From: the human T2T-CHM13v2.0 reference genome, Homo sapiens
Reading direction: 5' to 3' (one strand)
Assembly: GCF_009914755.1 (NCBI RefSeq)
Contig: NC_060933.1
Length of the DNA: 64,000 bases
A program made the position numbers and the translations under genes. Within the stretch, counting starts at the first letter, position 1. Each line of letters starts with the position of its first letter. Positions 1-14,019 of this stretch are shown here, piece by piece. The notes beneath the pieces are model-generated. The model worked only from the letters and a program-made list of their open reading frames with translations. It was not told the DNA's origin and ran no database searches.

Positions 1-3000
1 AGAATGGAATGGAATGGTATAAAAACAACCCGAATGGAATGGAATGAAATGGCCTGTAAGGGAATTGAATACAATCAATCCGAATGTAATGGAATGGAAT
101 GGAACGGAATGGAATGGAATGGAATGGAATGCAGTGGAATGGAATCAAACCTAGTGCAATGGAATGGAATGGAATGGAATGGAATGGAATGGAACGGATT
201 CAACTCAAATGGAATGGAAATCAATGGAATCAACGTGAGTGGAATGGCATGGAATGGAATGGAACGGAATGGAATGGAATGGAATGGAATGGAATGGAAT
301 GGTACGGAATAGAATGGAATGGAACGAAATGGAATGGAATGGAATGGAATGGAACGGAAAGGAATGGAATCAACTCGATTGCAATGGAATGCAATGGAAT
401 GGAATGGAATGCAATTAAAGCGAATAGAATGGAATGGAATGGAACGAATGGAATGGAATGGAATGGAATGGAATGCAATCGAATGGAATCAACCTGAGTG
501 CAGGGGAATGGAATGGAATGGAATGCAATGGAATGTAATGGAATGGAATGCAATGGAAACAAGTCGATTGCAATGGAATGGAATGGAATGGAATGGAAGG
601 GAAAGGAATGGAATGGAATTAACCTGAACAGAATGGAATGGAATGGAATGGAACGGAATGGAATGGAATGGATTCAACCCGAATGGAATGGAAAGGAATG
701 GAATAAACCCGAGTGGAATGGCATGGAATGGAATGGAATGGAATGGAATGGTACGGAATAGAATGGAATGGAACGAAATGGAATGGAATGGAATGGAATG
801 GAATGGAATGCAATCAACCTGAGTGCAATGGAATGGAATGGAATGGAATGGAACGGAATGGAAACAACCCGAATGGAATGGAATGTAATGGAGTGTAAGG
901 AATTGAATACAATCAATCCGAATGTAATGGAATGGAATGGAACGGAATGGAATGGAATGGAATGCAGTGGAATGGAATCAAACCTAGTGCAATGGAATGG
1001 AATGGAATGGAATGGAATGCAATGGAATGGATTGGATTCAACCCAAATGGAATGGAAAGCAATAGAATCAACCCGAGTGGAATGGCATGGAATGGAATGG
1101 AATGGAATGGAATGGAATGGAATGGAATGGTACGGAATAGAATGGAATGGATCGAAATGGAATGGAATGGAATGGAATGGAACGGAATGGAATGGAATCA
1201 ACTCGATTGCAATGGAATGTAATGGAATGGAATGGAATGGAATGGAATTAACGCGAATAGAATGGAATGGAATGGAATGGAAAGGAATGGGATGGAATGG
1301 AATCAATCTGAGTGCAGGGGAATGGAATGGAATGGAATGCAATGGAATGGAATCATCCGGAATGGAATGGAATGGAATGGAATGGAATGGAATGGAATGG
1401 AATGGAATTAACCCGAATAGAATGGAATGGAATGGAATGTGATGGAGTGTAAGGGAATTGAATAGAATCAATCCGAATGTAATGGAATTGAATGGAACGG
1501 AATGGAATGGAATGGAATGTAATGGAATGGAATGGAATGCAATGGAATGGGATCAACCCGAGTGCAATGGAATGGAATCGAAAGGAATGGAATGGAATGG
1601 AAAGGCTTCACCCCGAATGGAATGGAAAGGAATGGAATCAACCCGAGTGGAATGGAATGGAATGGAATGGAATGGAATGGAATGGAATGCAATGGAATGG
1701 AACGGAATGGAATCAACCCGATTGCAATGAAATTGAATGGAATGGAATGGAATGGAATGGAATTAACCCGAATAGAATGGAATGGAATGGAATGGAATGG
1801 TATGGAATGGAATGGAACGGAATGGAATGGAATGGAATTGAATGGAATCAACCCGGGTGCAGGGGAATGCAATTGAATGGAAGGCAATGGAATGCAATCA
1901 TCCGGAATGGAATGGAATGGAATGGAATGGAATGGAATGGAATGGTTTCAACACGAATGGAATGGAATGGAATGGAATCAACCCGAGTGGAATGGAATGG
2001 AATGGAATGGAATGGAATGGAATGGAATGGTATGGAATAGAATGGAATGGAACGAAATGGAATGGAAGGGAATGGAATGGAATGGAATGGAATCAACCCG
2101 ACTGCAATGGAATGGAGTGGAATGGAATGGAATGGAATGGAAACAACCCGAATGGAATGGAATGTAATGGAGTGTAAGGGAATTGAATACAATCAATACG
2201 AATGTAATGGAATGGAATGGAACGGAATGGAATGGAATGGAATGGAATGGAATGGAATGCAGTGGAATGGAATCAATCCTAGTGCAATGGAATGGAATGC
2301 AATGGAATGGAATGGAATGGAATGGAATGGAATGGAATGGAATGGATTCAACCCAAATGGAATGGAAAGCAATGGAATCAACCCGAGTGGAATGGCATGG
2401 AACGGAATGGAATGGAATGGTATGGAATAGAATGGAATGGAAAGAAATGGAATGGAATGGAATGGAATGGAACGGAGTGGAATGGAAAGGAATGGAATGG
2501 AATGGAATGAAATAGAATGGAATGGAACGAAATGGAATGGAATGGAACAGAATGGAATGGAATCAATCAGAGTGGAATAGAAGGGAATGCATTCGAGTAG
2601 AATGGAAAGGAATGGAATCAACCAGAGTGGAATGGAAGGGAATGGAATGGAATGGAAACTAATAAAATGGAATCAACACGAGTGGAATGGAATGGAAAGG
2701 ATTTGAATGGAATGGAATGGAATGGAATGGAATCAACTCGATTGCAATGGAAAGTAATGGAATGGAATTGAATGGAATTAATGCGAATAGAATGGATTGG
2801 AATGGAATGGAACGGAATGGAATTGAATGGAATGGAATGGAATCAAACTGAGTGCAGGGGAATGGAATGGAATGGAATGGAATAGAATGGAATGGAATGG
2901 AAGGGAATGGAATGGAATGGAATTAACCTGAACAGAATGGAATGGAATGGAATGGAATGGAATGGAATGGAATGGAATGGAATGGAAGTGAATGGAATGG

Positions 3001-6000
3001 AATGTAATGAAACCGAGTGCAGGGGAATGGAATGGAATGGAATGCAATGGAATGGAGTCATCCGGAATGGAACGGAATGGAATGGAATGGAATCAACCCG
3101 AGTGCAATGGAATGGAATGGAATGGAAAGGAATGGAATGGAATGGATTCAACCCGAATGGAATGGAAAGGAATGGAATCAACCCGAGAGGAATGGCATGG
3201 AATGGAATGGAATGGAATGGAGTGGAATGGTACGGAATAGAATGTAATGGAACGAAACGGAATGGAATGGAATGGAATGGAATGGAATCATTCCGAGTGG
3301 AATAGAAGGGAATGTTTTCGAGTGGAATGAAAAGGAATGGTATCAACCAGAGTGGAATGGAATGGAATCGAATGGAATGGAAAGGAATAGAATGGAATCA
3401 ACCCGAGTGGAATGGTATGGAAAGGACTGGAATGGAATGGAATGGAATGCAATGGAATCAACTCGATTGCAATGAAATGGAATGGAATGGAATGGAATGG
3501 AATGGAATGGAATGGAATGGAATAGAATGGAAAGGAATCACCCCAAGTGCAGGGGAATTTAATGGAATGGAATGCAGTGGAATGGAATCATCCGGAATGG
3601 AATGGAATGGAATGGAATGGAACGGAATGGAATGGAATCAACTCGATTTCAATGGAATGGAAAGGAATGGAATGGAATGGAATGCAATGGAATCGTACGG
3701 AATAGAATGGAATGGAACGAAATGGAATGGAATGGAATGGAATGGAATGGAATGGAATGGAATGGAATGGAACGAAATTGAATGGAATGAACCCGCGTGC
3801 AATGGAATGGAATGGAATGGAATGGGTTCAACTCGAATGGAATGGAAAGGAATGGAATCAACACGAGTGGAATGGCATGGAATGGAATGGAATTGAATGA
3901 AATGGAATGGAATGGAATGGAATGAAATGTAATGGAATGGAAAGGAATGGAATCAACACGAGTGGAATGGCATGGAATGGAATGGAATTGAATGAAATGG
4001 AATGGAATGGAATGGAATGAAATGTAATGGAATGTAATGGAATGGAATCAACCCGAGTGCAATGTAATGGAATCGAATGGAATGGAATGGAATGGAATGG
4101 ATTCAACCCGAATGGAATTAAAAGGAATGGAATATACCCGAGTGGAATGGCATGGAATGGAGTGGAATGGAATGGAATGGAATGGTACGGAATAGAATGG
4201 AATGTAACGAAATGGAATGGAAGGGAATGGAATGGAATGGAATGGAATGAACACGTGTGCAATGGAATGGAATGGAATGGAATGGAATGGAATGGAATGG
4301 AATGGAATGGATTCAACTCTAATGGAATGGAAGGGAATGGAATCAACGCGAGTGGAATGGCATGGAATGGAATGGAATGGAATGGAATGGAATGGAATGG
4401 AGTGGAATGGAATGGTACGGAATAGTATGGAATGGATAGAAATGGAATGGAATGAAATGGAATGGAATGGAATGGAATGGAATGGAATGGAATCAACCCG
4501 AGTGCAGGGGAATGGAATGGAATTGAAGGCAATGGAATGGAATCATCCGGAATTGAATGGAATGGAATGGAATCAACTCGATTGCAATGGAATGGAATGG
4601 AATGGAATGGAATGGAATGGAATGGAATGGAATGGAATGGAATTAACCCGAATAGAATGAAATTGAATGGAATGGAATGGAATGGTATGCTACGGAATAG
4701 AATGGAATGGAACGAAATGGAATGGAATGAAATGGAATGGAATGGAATGGAATCAACCCGACTGCAGGGGAATGGAATGGAATTGAAGGCAATGGAATGG
4801 AATCATCCGGAATTGAATGGAATGGAATGGAATGGAATCAACTCGATTGCAATGGAATGGAATGGAATGGAATGGAATGGAATGGAATGGAATGGAATGG
4901 AATTAACCCGAATAGAATGGAATGGAATGGAATGGAATGGAATGGAAGTAAATTGAATGGAAAGTAATGAACCCGAGTGCAGGGGAATGGAATGGAATGG
5001 AATGCAATGGAATGGAGTCATCCGGAATGGAACAGAAAGGAATGGAATGGAATGAACCCGTGTGCAATGGAATGGAATCGAATGGAATGGAATGGAATGG
5101 AATGGATTCAACTCTAATGGAATGGAAGGGAATGGAATCAACGCGAGTGGAATGACATGGAATGGAATGGAATGGAATGGAAAGGAATGGAATGGAGTGG
5201 AATGGAATGGTACGGAATAGAATGGAATGGAACGAAATGGAATGGAAAGAAATGGAATGGAATGGAATGGAATGGAATGGAATGGAATGGAATGGAATGG
5301 AATCAACCCGAGTGCAGGGGAATGGAATGGAATTGAAGGCAATGGAATGGAATCATCCGGAATTGAATGGAATGGAATGGAATCAACTCGATTGCAATGG
5401 AATGGAATGGAGTGGAATGGAATGGAATGGAATGGAATGGAATTAACCCGAATAGAATGGAATGGAATGGAATGGAATGGAATGGTACGGAATAGAATGG
5501 AATGGAACCAAATGGAATGGAATGAAATGGAATGGAATGGAATGGAATGGAATGGAATCAACCCGACTGCAGGGGAATGGAATGGAATTGAAGGCAATGG
5601 AATGGAATCATCCGGAATTGAATGGAATGGAATGGAATCAACTCGATTGCAATGGAATGCAATGGAATGGAATGGAATGGAATGGAATGGAATGGAATTA
5701 ACCCGAATAGAATGGAATGGAATGGAATGGAATGGAATGGAAGTAAATGGAATGGAATGTAATGAACCCGAGTGCAGGGGAATGGAATGGAATGGAATGC
5801 AATGGAATGGAGTCATCCGGAATGGAACAGAAAGGAATGGAATGGAATCAACCCGTGTGCAATGGAATGGAAAGGAACGGAATGGAATGGAATGGAATGG
5901 AATGGAATGGAAAGGATTCAACCCGAATGGAATGGAAAGGAAGGGAATCAACCCAAGTGGAATGGCATGGAATGGAATGGAATGGAATGGAATGGAATGG

Positions 6001-9000
6001 TACCGAAAAGAATGGAATGGAACCAAATGGAATAGAATGGAATGGAATGGAATGGAATCAACCCGAGTGCAATGGAATGGTGTGGAATGGAATGGAATGG
6101 AATGGAAACAACCCGAATGGAATGGAATGAAATGGAGTGTAAGGGAATTGAATACAATCAATCCGAATGTAATGGAATGGAATGCAACGGAATGGAATGG
6201 AATGGAATGGAATGCAGTGGAATGGAATCAAACCTAGTGCAATGGAATGGAATGGAATGGAATGGAATGGAAAGGAATGGAATGGAATGGAATGGAATGG
6301 AATGGATTCAATCCAAATGGAATGGAAAGCAATGGAATCAACCCGAGTGGAATGGCATGGAATGGAATGGAATGGAATGGAATGGAATGGAATGGAATGG
6401 AACGGAATAGAACGGAATGGACCGAAATGGAATGGAATGGAATGGAATGGAACGGAATGGAATGGAATCAACTCGATTGCAATGGAATGTAATGGAATGG
6501 AATGGAATGCAATTAACGCGAATAGAATGGAATGGAATGGAAAGGAACGGAATGGAATGGAATGGTATGGAATCTAATGGAATCAACCTGAGTGCAGGGG
6601 AATGGAATGGAATGGAATGCAATGGAATGTAATGGAATGGAATGCAATGGAATCAACTCGACTGCAATGGGATGGAATGGAATGGAATGGAAGGGAAAGG
6701 AATAGAATGGAATTAACCTGAACAGAATGGAATGGAATGGAATGGAACGGAATGGAATGCAACGGAATGGAATGGAATGGAATGGAATGAACCCGTGTGC
6801 AATGGAATGGAATGGAATGGAATGGAATGGAATGGAATGGAATGGGTTCAACTCGAATGGAATGGAAAGGAATGGAATCAACACGAGTGGAATGGCATGG
6901 AATGGAATGGAATGGAATGGAATGGAATGGAATGGAATGGAATGGAATGGAATGGAATGGAATCAACCCGAGTGCAGTGTAATGGAATCGAATGGAATGG
7001 AATGGAATGGAATGGATTCAACACGAATGTAATGGAAAGGAATGGAATAAACCCGCGTGGAATGGCATGGAATGGAGTGGAATGGAATGAAATGTAAAGG
7101 AATGGAATGGAATGGAATCAACCCGAGTGCAATGTAATGGAATGGAATGGAATGGAATGGAATGGAATGGATTCAACCAGAATGGAATGGAAAGGAATGG
7201 AATAAACCCGAGTGGAATGGCATGGAATGGAGTGGAATGGAATGGAATGGAATGGAATGGAATGGAATGGTACGGAATAGAAAGGAATGGAATGAAATAT
7301 AAAGGAATGGAATGGAATGGAATCAACCCGAGTGCAATGTAATGGAATGGAATGGAATGGAATGGAATGGAATGGATTCAACCAGAATGGAATGGAAAGG
7401 AATGGAATAAACCCGAGTGGAATGGCATGGAATGGAGTGGAATGGAATGGAATGGAATGGAATGGAATGGAATGGTACGGAATAGAAAGGAATGGAAGGA
7501 AATGGAATGGAATGGAATGGAATGGAATGGAATGGAATGCAATGGAATGAACCCGTGTGCAATAGAATGGAATCGAATGGAATGGAATGGATTGGAATGG
7601 ATTGAACTCGAATGGAATGGAAAGGAATGGAATCAACCCGAGTGGAATGGCATGGAATGGAATGGAATGGAATGGAATGGAATGGAATGGAATGGAATGG
7701 AACGGTACGGAATAGAATGGAAAGGAACGAAATGGAATGGAATGAAATGGAATGGAATGGAATGGAATGGAATCAACCCGAGTGCAGGGGAATGGAATGG
7801 AATTGAAGGCAATGGAATGGAATCATCCGGAATTGAATGGAATGGAATGGAATCAACTCGATTGCAATGGAATGGAATGGAATGGAATGGAATGGAATGG
7901 AATGGAATGGAATGGAATTAACCCGAATAGAATGGAATGGAATGGAATGGAAGTAAATGGAATGGAAGGTAATGAACCCGAGTGCAGGGCAATGGAATGG
8001 AATGGAATGGAATGCAATGGAATGGAGTCATCCGGAATGGAACGGAGAGGAACGGAATGGAACCAACCCGTGTGCAATGGAATGGAAAGGAATGGAATGG
8101 AATGGAATGGAATGGAATGGATTCAACCAGAATGGAATGGAAAGGAAGGGAATCAACCCAAGTGGAATGGCATGGAATGGAATGGATTGGAATGGAATGG
8201 AATGGAATGGTACCGAATAGAATGGAATGGAAGGAAATGGAATAGAATGGAATGGAATGGAATGCAATCAACCCGAGTGCAATGGAATGGAGTGGAATGG
8301 ATTGGAATGGAATGGAAACAACCTGAATGGAATGGAATGAAATGGAGTGTAAGGGAATTGAATACAATCAATCCGAATGTAATGGAATGGAATGGAATGG
8401 AACGGAATGGAATGGAATGGAATGGAATGGAATGCAGTGGAATGGAATCAAACCTAGTGCAATGGAATAGAATGGAATGGAATGGAATGGAATGGAATGG
8501 AATGGAATGGATTCAACCCAAATGGAATGGAAAGCCATGGAATCAACCCGAGTGGAATGGCATGGAATGGAATGGAATGGAATGGTACGGAATAGAATGC
8601 AATGGAACGAAATGGAATGGAATGCAATGGAATGGAATGGAATGGAATGCAATCATTCCGAGTGGAATAGAAGGGTATGAATTCGAGTGGAATGGAAAGG
8701 AATGGAATCAACCAGAGTGGAATGGAAGGGAATGGAATGGAATGGAAACTAATAAAATGGAATCAAAACGAGTGGAATGGAATGGAAAGGACTTGAATGG
8801 AATGGAATGGAATGGAATGGAATGGAATGGAATGTAATGGAATCAACTAGATTGCAATGGAATGGAATGGAATGGAATGGAATGGAATGGAATGGAAGGG
8901 AATGGAATGGAATGGAATTAACCTGAACAGAATGGAATGGAATGGAATGGAATGGAATGGAATGGAACGGAATGGAATGGAATGGAATGGAATGGAATCA

Positions 9001-11990
9001 ACCAGAGTGCAGGGGAATGGAATGGAATGGAATGCAATGGAATGGAATCATCCGGAATGGAATTGAATGGAATGGAATGCAATGGAATGGAATCAATCTA
9101 CCCGAGTGCAATGCAATGGAGTGTAATGGAATCGAATGGAATGGAAACTACCCGAATGGAATGGAATAAAATGGAGTGTAAGGGAATTGAAAAGAATCAA
9201 TCCGAATGTAATGGAATGGAATGGAACGAAATGAAATGGAATAGCATGGAATGGAATGGAATCAACCCGAGTGCAATGGAATGGAATTGAACGGAATGGA
9301 ATGGAAAGGAATGGATTCAACCCGAATGGAATGGAAAGGAATGTAATAAACCCGAGTGGAATGGCATGGAATGGAATGAAATGGAGTGGAATGGAATGGA
9401 ATGGAATGGAATGGTACGGAATAGAATGGAATGGAACGAAATGGAATAGAATGGAATGGCATGGAATGGAATGAAAAAGTGTGCAATTGAATGGAATGGA
9501 ATGGAATGGAATGGAACGGAATGGAATGGAATGGGTTCGACTCGAATGGAATGGAATGGAATGGAATCAAACCGAGTGGAATGGCATGGAATGGAATGGA
9601 ATGGAATGGAATGGAATGGAATGGAATGGAATGGAAACAACACGAGTGCAATGTAATGGAATCGAATGGAATGGAATGGAATGGAATGGAATGGATTCAA
9701 CCCGAATGGAATGGAAAGGAATGGAATAAACCCGAGTGGAATGGCATGGAATGGAGTCTAATGGAATGGAATGGAATGGAATGGTATGGAATAGAATGGA
9801 ATGGAACGAAATGGAATGGAATGGAATGGAATGGAATGGAATGAAATGAACCCGTGTGCAATGGAATGGAATGGAATGGAATGGAATGGGTTCAACTCGA
9901 ATGGAATGGAAAGGAATGGAATCAACCCGAGTAGAATGGCATGGAATGGAATGGAATGGAATGGAATGGAATGGAATGGTAAGGAATAGAATGGAATGGA
10001 GCGAAATGGAATGGAATGGAATGGAATGGAATGGAATGGAGTGGAATGAAATCGTGTGCAATGGAATGGAATGGAATGGAATGGAATGGAATGGAATGGA
10101 GTGGAATGGAATGGAATGGAATGGAGTGGAATGGAATGGAATGGGTTCAACTCGAATGGAATGGAAAGGAATGGAATCAACCCGAGTGGAGTGTCATGGA
10201 ATGGAATGGAATAGGATGGAATGGAATGGAATGGAATCATCCCGAGTGCAATGTAATGGAATCGAAAGTAATGGAATGGAATGGAATGGAATGGATTCAA
10301 CCCGAATGGAATGAAAAGAAATGGAATAAACCCGACTGGAATGGCATGGAATGGAGTGGAATTGAATGGAATGGAATGGTACAGAATAGAATGGAATGGA
10401 ATGAAATGGAATGGAATAGAATGGAATGGAATGGAATGGAATGGAATGAACCCGTGTGCAATGGAATGGAATGGAATGGAATGGAATGGAATGGAATGGA
10501 TTCAACTCGAATGGAATGGAAGGGAAAGGAATCAACCCGAGTGGAATGGCATGGAATGGAGTGGAATGGAATGCAATGGAATGGAATGGAATAGAATGGA
10601 ATGCAATGGAATGGTACAGAATAAAATGGAATGGAACGAAATGGAATGGAATGAAATGGAATGGAATGGAATGGAATGGAATGGAACGGAGTGGAGTGGA
10701 ATGGAATGGAATGGAATGGAATGGAATGGTACGGAATATAATGGAATGGAACGAAATGGAATGGAATGAAATGGAATGGAATGGAATGGAATCAACCCGA
10801 GTGCAGGGGAATGGAATGGAATTGAAGGCAATGGAATGGAATCATCCGGAATTGAATGGAATGGAGTGGAATCAACTCGATTGCAATGGAATGGATTGGA
10901 ATGGAATGGAATGGAATGGAATGGAATGGAATGGAATTGAATGGAATGGAATGGAATTAACCCGAATAGAATGGAATGGAATGGAATGGAATGGAATGGA
11001 ATGGAATGGAATGGAATGGAATGGAATGGAATTGTACGGAATAGAATGGAATGGAACGAAATGGAACGGAATGAAATGGAATGGAATGGAATGGAATGGA
11101 ATCAACCCGAGTGCAGGGGAATGGAATGGAATTGAAGGCAATGGAATGGAATCATCCGGAATGGAATGGAATGGAATGGAATCAACTCGATTGCAATGGA
11201 ATGGAATGGAATGGAATGGAATGGAATGGAATGGAATGGAATGGAATGGAATTAATCCGAATAGAATGTAATAGAATGGAATGGAATGGAATGGAAGTAA
11301 ATGGAATGGAATGGAATGAACCCGAGTGCAGGGGAATGGAATGGAATGGAATGGAATGGAATGGAATGGAACGGAATGCAGTGGAATGGAATCAAACCTA
11401 GTGCAATTGAATGGAATGGAATGGAATGGAATGGAATGGAATGGAATGGAATGGATTCAACCCAAATGGAATGGAAAGCAATGGAATCAACCCGAGTGGA
11501 ATGGCATGGAATGGAATGGAATGGAATGGAATGTAATGGAATGTAATGGAATGGAATGGAATGGTACGGAATAAAATGGAATGGAACGAAATGGAATGGA
11601 ATGGAATGGAATGGAACGGAATGGAATGGAATCATTCCGAGTGGAATAGAAGGGAATGAATTCGAGTGGAATGGAAAGGAATGGAATCAACCAGAGTGGA
11701 ATGGAAGGGAATGGAATGGAATGGAAACTAATAAAATGGAATCAACACGAGTGGAATGGAATGGAAAGGACTTGAATAGAATGGAATGGAATGGAATGGA
11801 ATCAAGTCCATTGCAATGGAATGTAATGGAATGGAGTGGAATGGAATTAACGCGAATAGAATGGAATGGAATGGAATGGAATGGAATGGAATGGAATGGA
11901 ATGGAATGGAATCAACCTGAGTGCAGGGGAATGGAATGCAATGGAATGCAATGGAACGCAATGGAATGGAATGGAATGGAATGGAATCAA
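1..11990 (+). repeat. HSat3 sub-domain 1 (distinct module vocabulary)
   Basis: Uses AAACCTAGTGC (~147, 980, 6230, 8450, 11394), AACCCGTGTGC, AATTGAAGGCAAT, GGGTTCAACTCGAAT, GAATTGAATACAATC and ATTCCGAGTGGAATAGAAGGG. I do not see these after ~12 kb. Boundary is approximate. Confidence 0.8.
7085..7495 (+). repeat. 205-bp local tandem duplication
   Basis: ORFs 7112 and 7317 have the same translation over ~59 aa. Shared ATTCAACCAG and GAATAGAAAGG variants. Confidence 0.85.
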
Positions 11991-12032
11991 CGCGAGTGCA
12001 GGGGAATGGAATGTAATGGAATGCAATGGAAT

Positions 12033-12047
12033 GGAATCTTCCGGAAT
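12033..12047 (+). promoter_or_regulatory. Canonical heat-shock element match (nGAAn nTTCn nGAAn); first of >=24 copies
   Basis: GGAATCTTCCGGAAT = gGAAt|cTTCc|gGAAt. Motif match only, occupancy unknown. Other copies are listed in the findings. Confidence 0.55.
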
Positions 12048-14019
12048 GGAATGGAAAGGAATGGCATCAACCCGAGTGCAATGGAATGGAGAGGAATGGA
12101 ATGGAAACTACACGAATGGAATGGAATGTAATGGAGTGTAAGGGAATTGAATAGAATCAATCCGAATGTAATGGAATGGAATGGAACGGAATGGAATGGA
12201 ATGGAATGGAATGGAATGGAACGGAATGGAACGGAATGGAATGGAATGGAATGGAATGGAATGGAATGGAATGGTATGGAATGGAATGGAATGGAATCAA
12301 CCCGAGTGCAGTGGAATGGAGTGGAATGGAATGGAATGGAATGGAACAACCCGAATGGAATGGAATGGAATGGAATGGAATGGTATGTAATGGAATGGAA
12401 TGGTACAGAATAGAATGGAATGGAACGAATTGCAATGGAATGGAATTGAATGGAATGGAATGGAATGGAATGGAATGGAATCAACGCGAGTGCAGGGGAA
12501 TGTAATGGAACGGAATGCAATGGAATGGAATCACCCGGAATGGAATGGAATGGAATGGAATGGAATGGAATCAACCCGAGTGCAATGGAATGCAGTGGAA
12601 TGGAATGGAATGGAATGGAACAACCCGAATGGAATGGAATGTAATGGAGAGTAAGGGAGTTGAATAGAATCAATCCGAATGTAATGGAATGGAATGCAAC
12701 GGAATGGAATGGAATGGAATGGAATGGAATGCAATGGAATGGAATCAACTCGAGTACAATGGAATGGAATGGAATGGAATGGAATGCAATGGAATGGAAT
12801 CAACTCGAGTACAATGGAATGGAATGGAAAGGAATGGAATGGAATGGAATGGAATGGAATTGAATGGAATGGAATGCCTTCAAACCGAATGGAATGGAAA
12901 GGAATGGAATCACCACGAGTGGAATGGAATGGAATGGAAAGGAATGGAATGGAATAGAATGGTACGGAATAGAATGGAATGGAACGAACGGGAATGGAAT
13001 GGAATGGAATGGAATGGAATGGAATGGAATGGACTGGAATCGTTCTGAGTGGAATAGGAGGGAATGTATTCGAGTGGAATGGAAAGGAATGGAATCAACC
13101 AGATTGGAATGGAAGGGAATGGAATGGAATGGAAACTAATAGAATGGAATCAACCCGAGTGGAATGGAATGGAAAGGACTGGAATGGAATTGAATGGAAT
13201 GGAATTGAATGGAATCAACTACATTGTAATGGAATGGAATGGAATGGAATTAACCCGAATACAATGGAATGGACTAGAATGGAACGGAATGGAGTGGAAT
13301 GGAATGGAATCAACCCGAGTGCAGGGGAATGGAATGGAATGGAATGCAATGGAATGGAATCATCCGGAATGGAATGGAATGGAAAGGAATGCAAAGCAAT
13401 GGAATCAACTCGATTGCAATGGAATGGAATGGAATGGAAAGGAATAGAACGGAATCAACCCGAGTGTAATGGAATGGAAAGGACTGGAATGGAGTGGAAT
13501 GGAATGGAATGGAATGGAATGGAATGGAATCAACTCGATTGGAATGGAATGGAATGGAATGGAAAGGAATGGAATGGAATTAACCCGAATAGAATGGAAT
13601 GGAATGGAATGGAACGGAATGGAATGGAATGGAATGGAATGGAATCAACCCGACTGCAGGGGAATGGAATGGAATGGAATGCAATAGAATGGAATCATCC
13701 GGAACGGAATGGAATGGAATGGAATGGAATCAACTCGATTGCAATCGAATGGAATGGAATGGAATTAACCCGAATAGAATGGAATGGAATGGAATGGAAC
13801 GGAACGGAATGGAATGGAATGGAATGGAATGAAATGGAACGGAACGGAACGGAACGGAATGGAATGGAATGGAATGGAATGGAATGGAATCAACGCGAGT
13901 GCAGGGGAATGGAATGGAATGGAATGCAATGGAATGGAATCTTCCGGAATGGAATGGAATGGAATGGAATGGAATGGAATGAAATGCAATGGATTCAACT
14001 CGATTGCAATGGAATGGAA

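Noticed and set aside
13041-13075. AGGAGG (Shine-Dalgarno-like) before an ATG in CGTTCYGAGTGGAATAGGAGGGAATG
   Set aside because: Chance match within a eukaryotic satellite module; the downstream frame is plain repeat.
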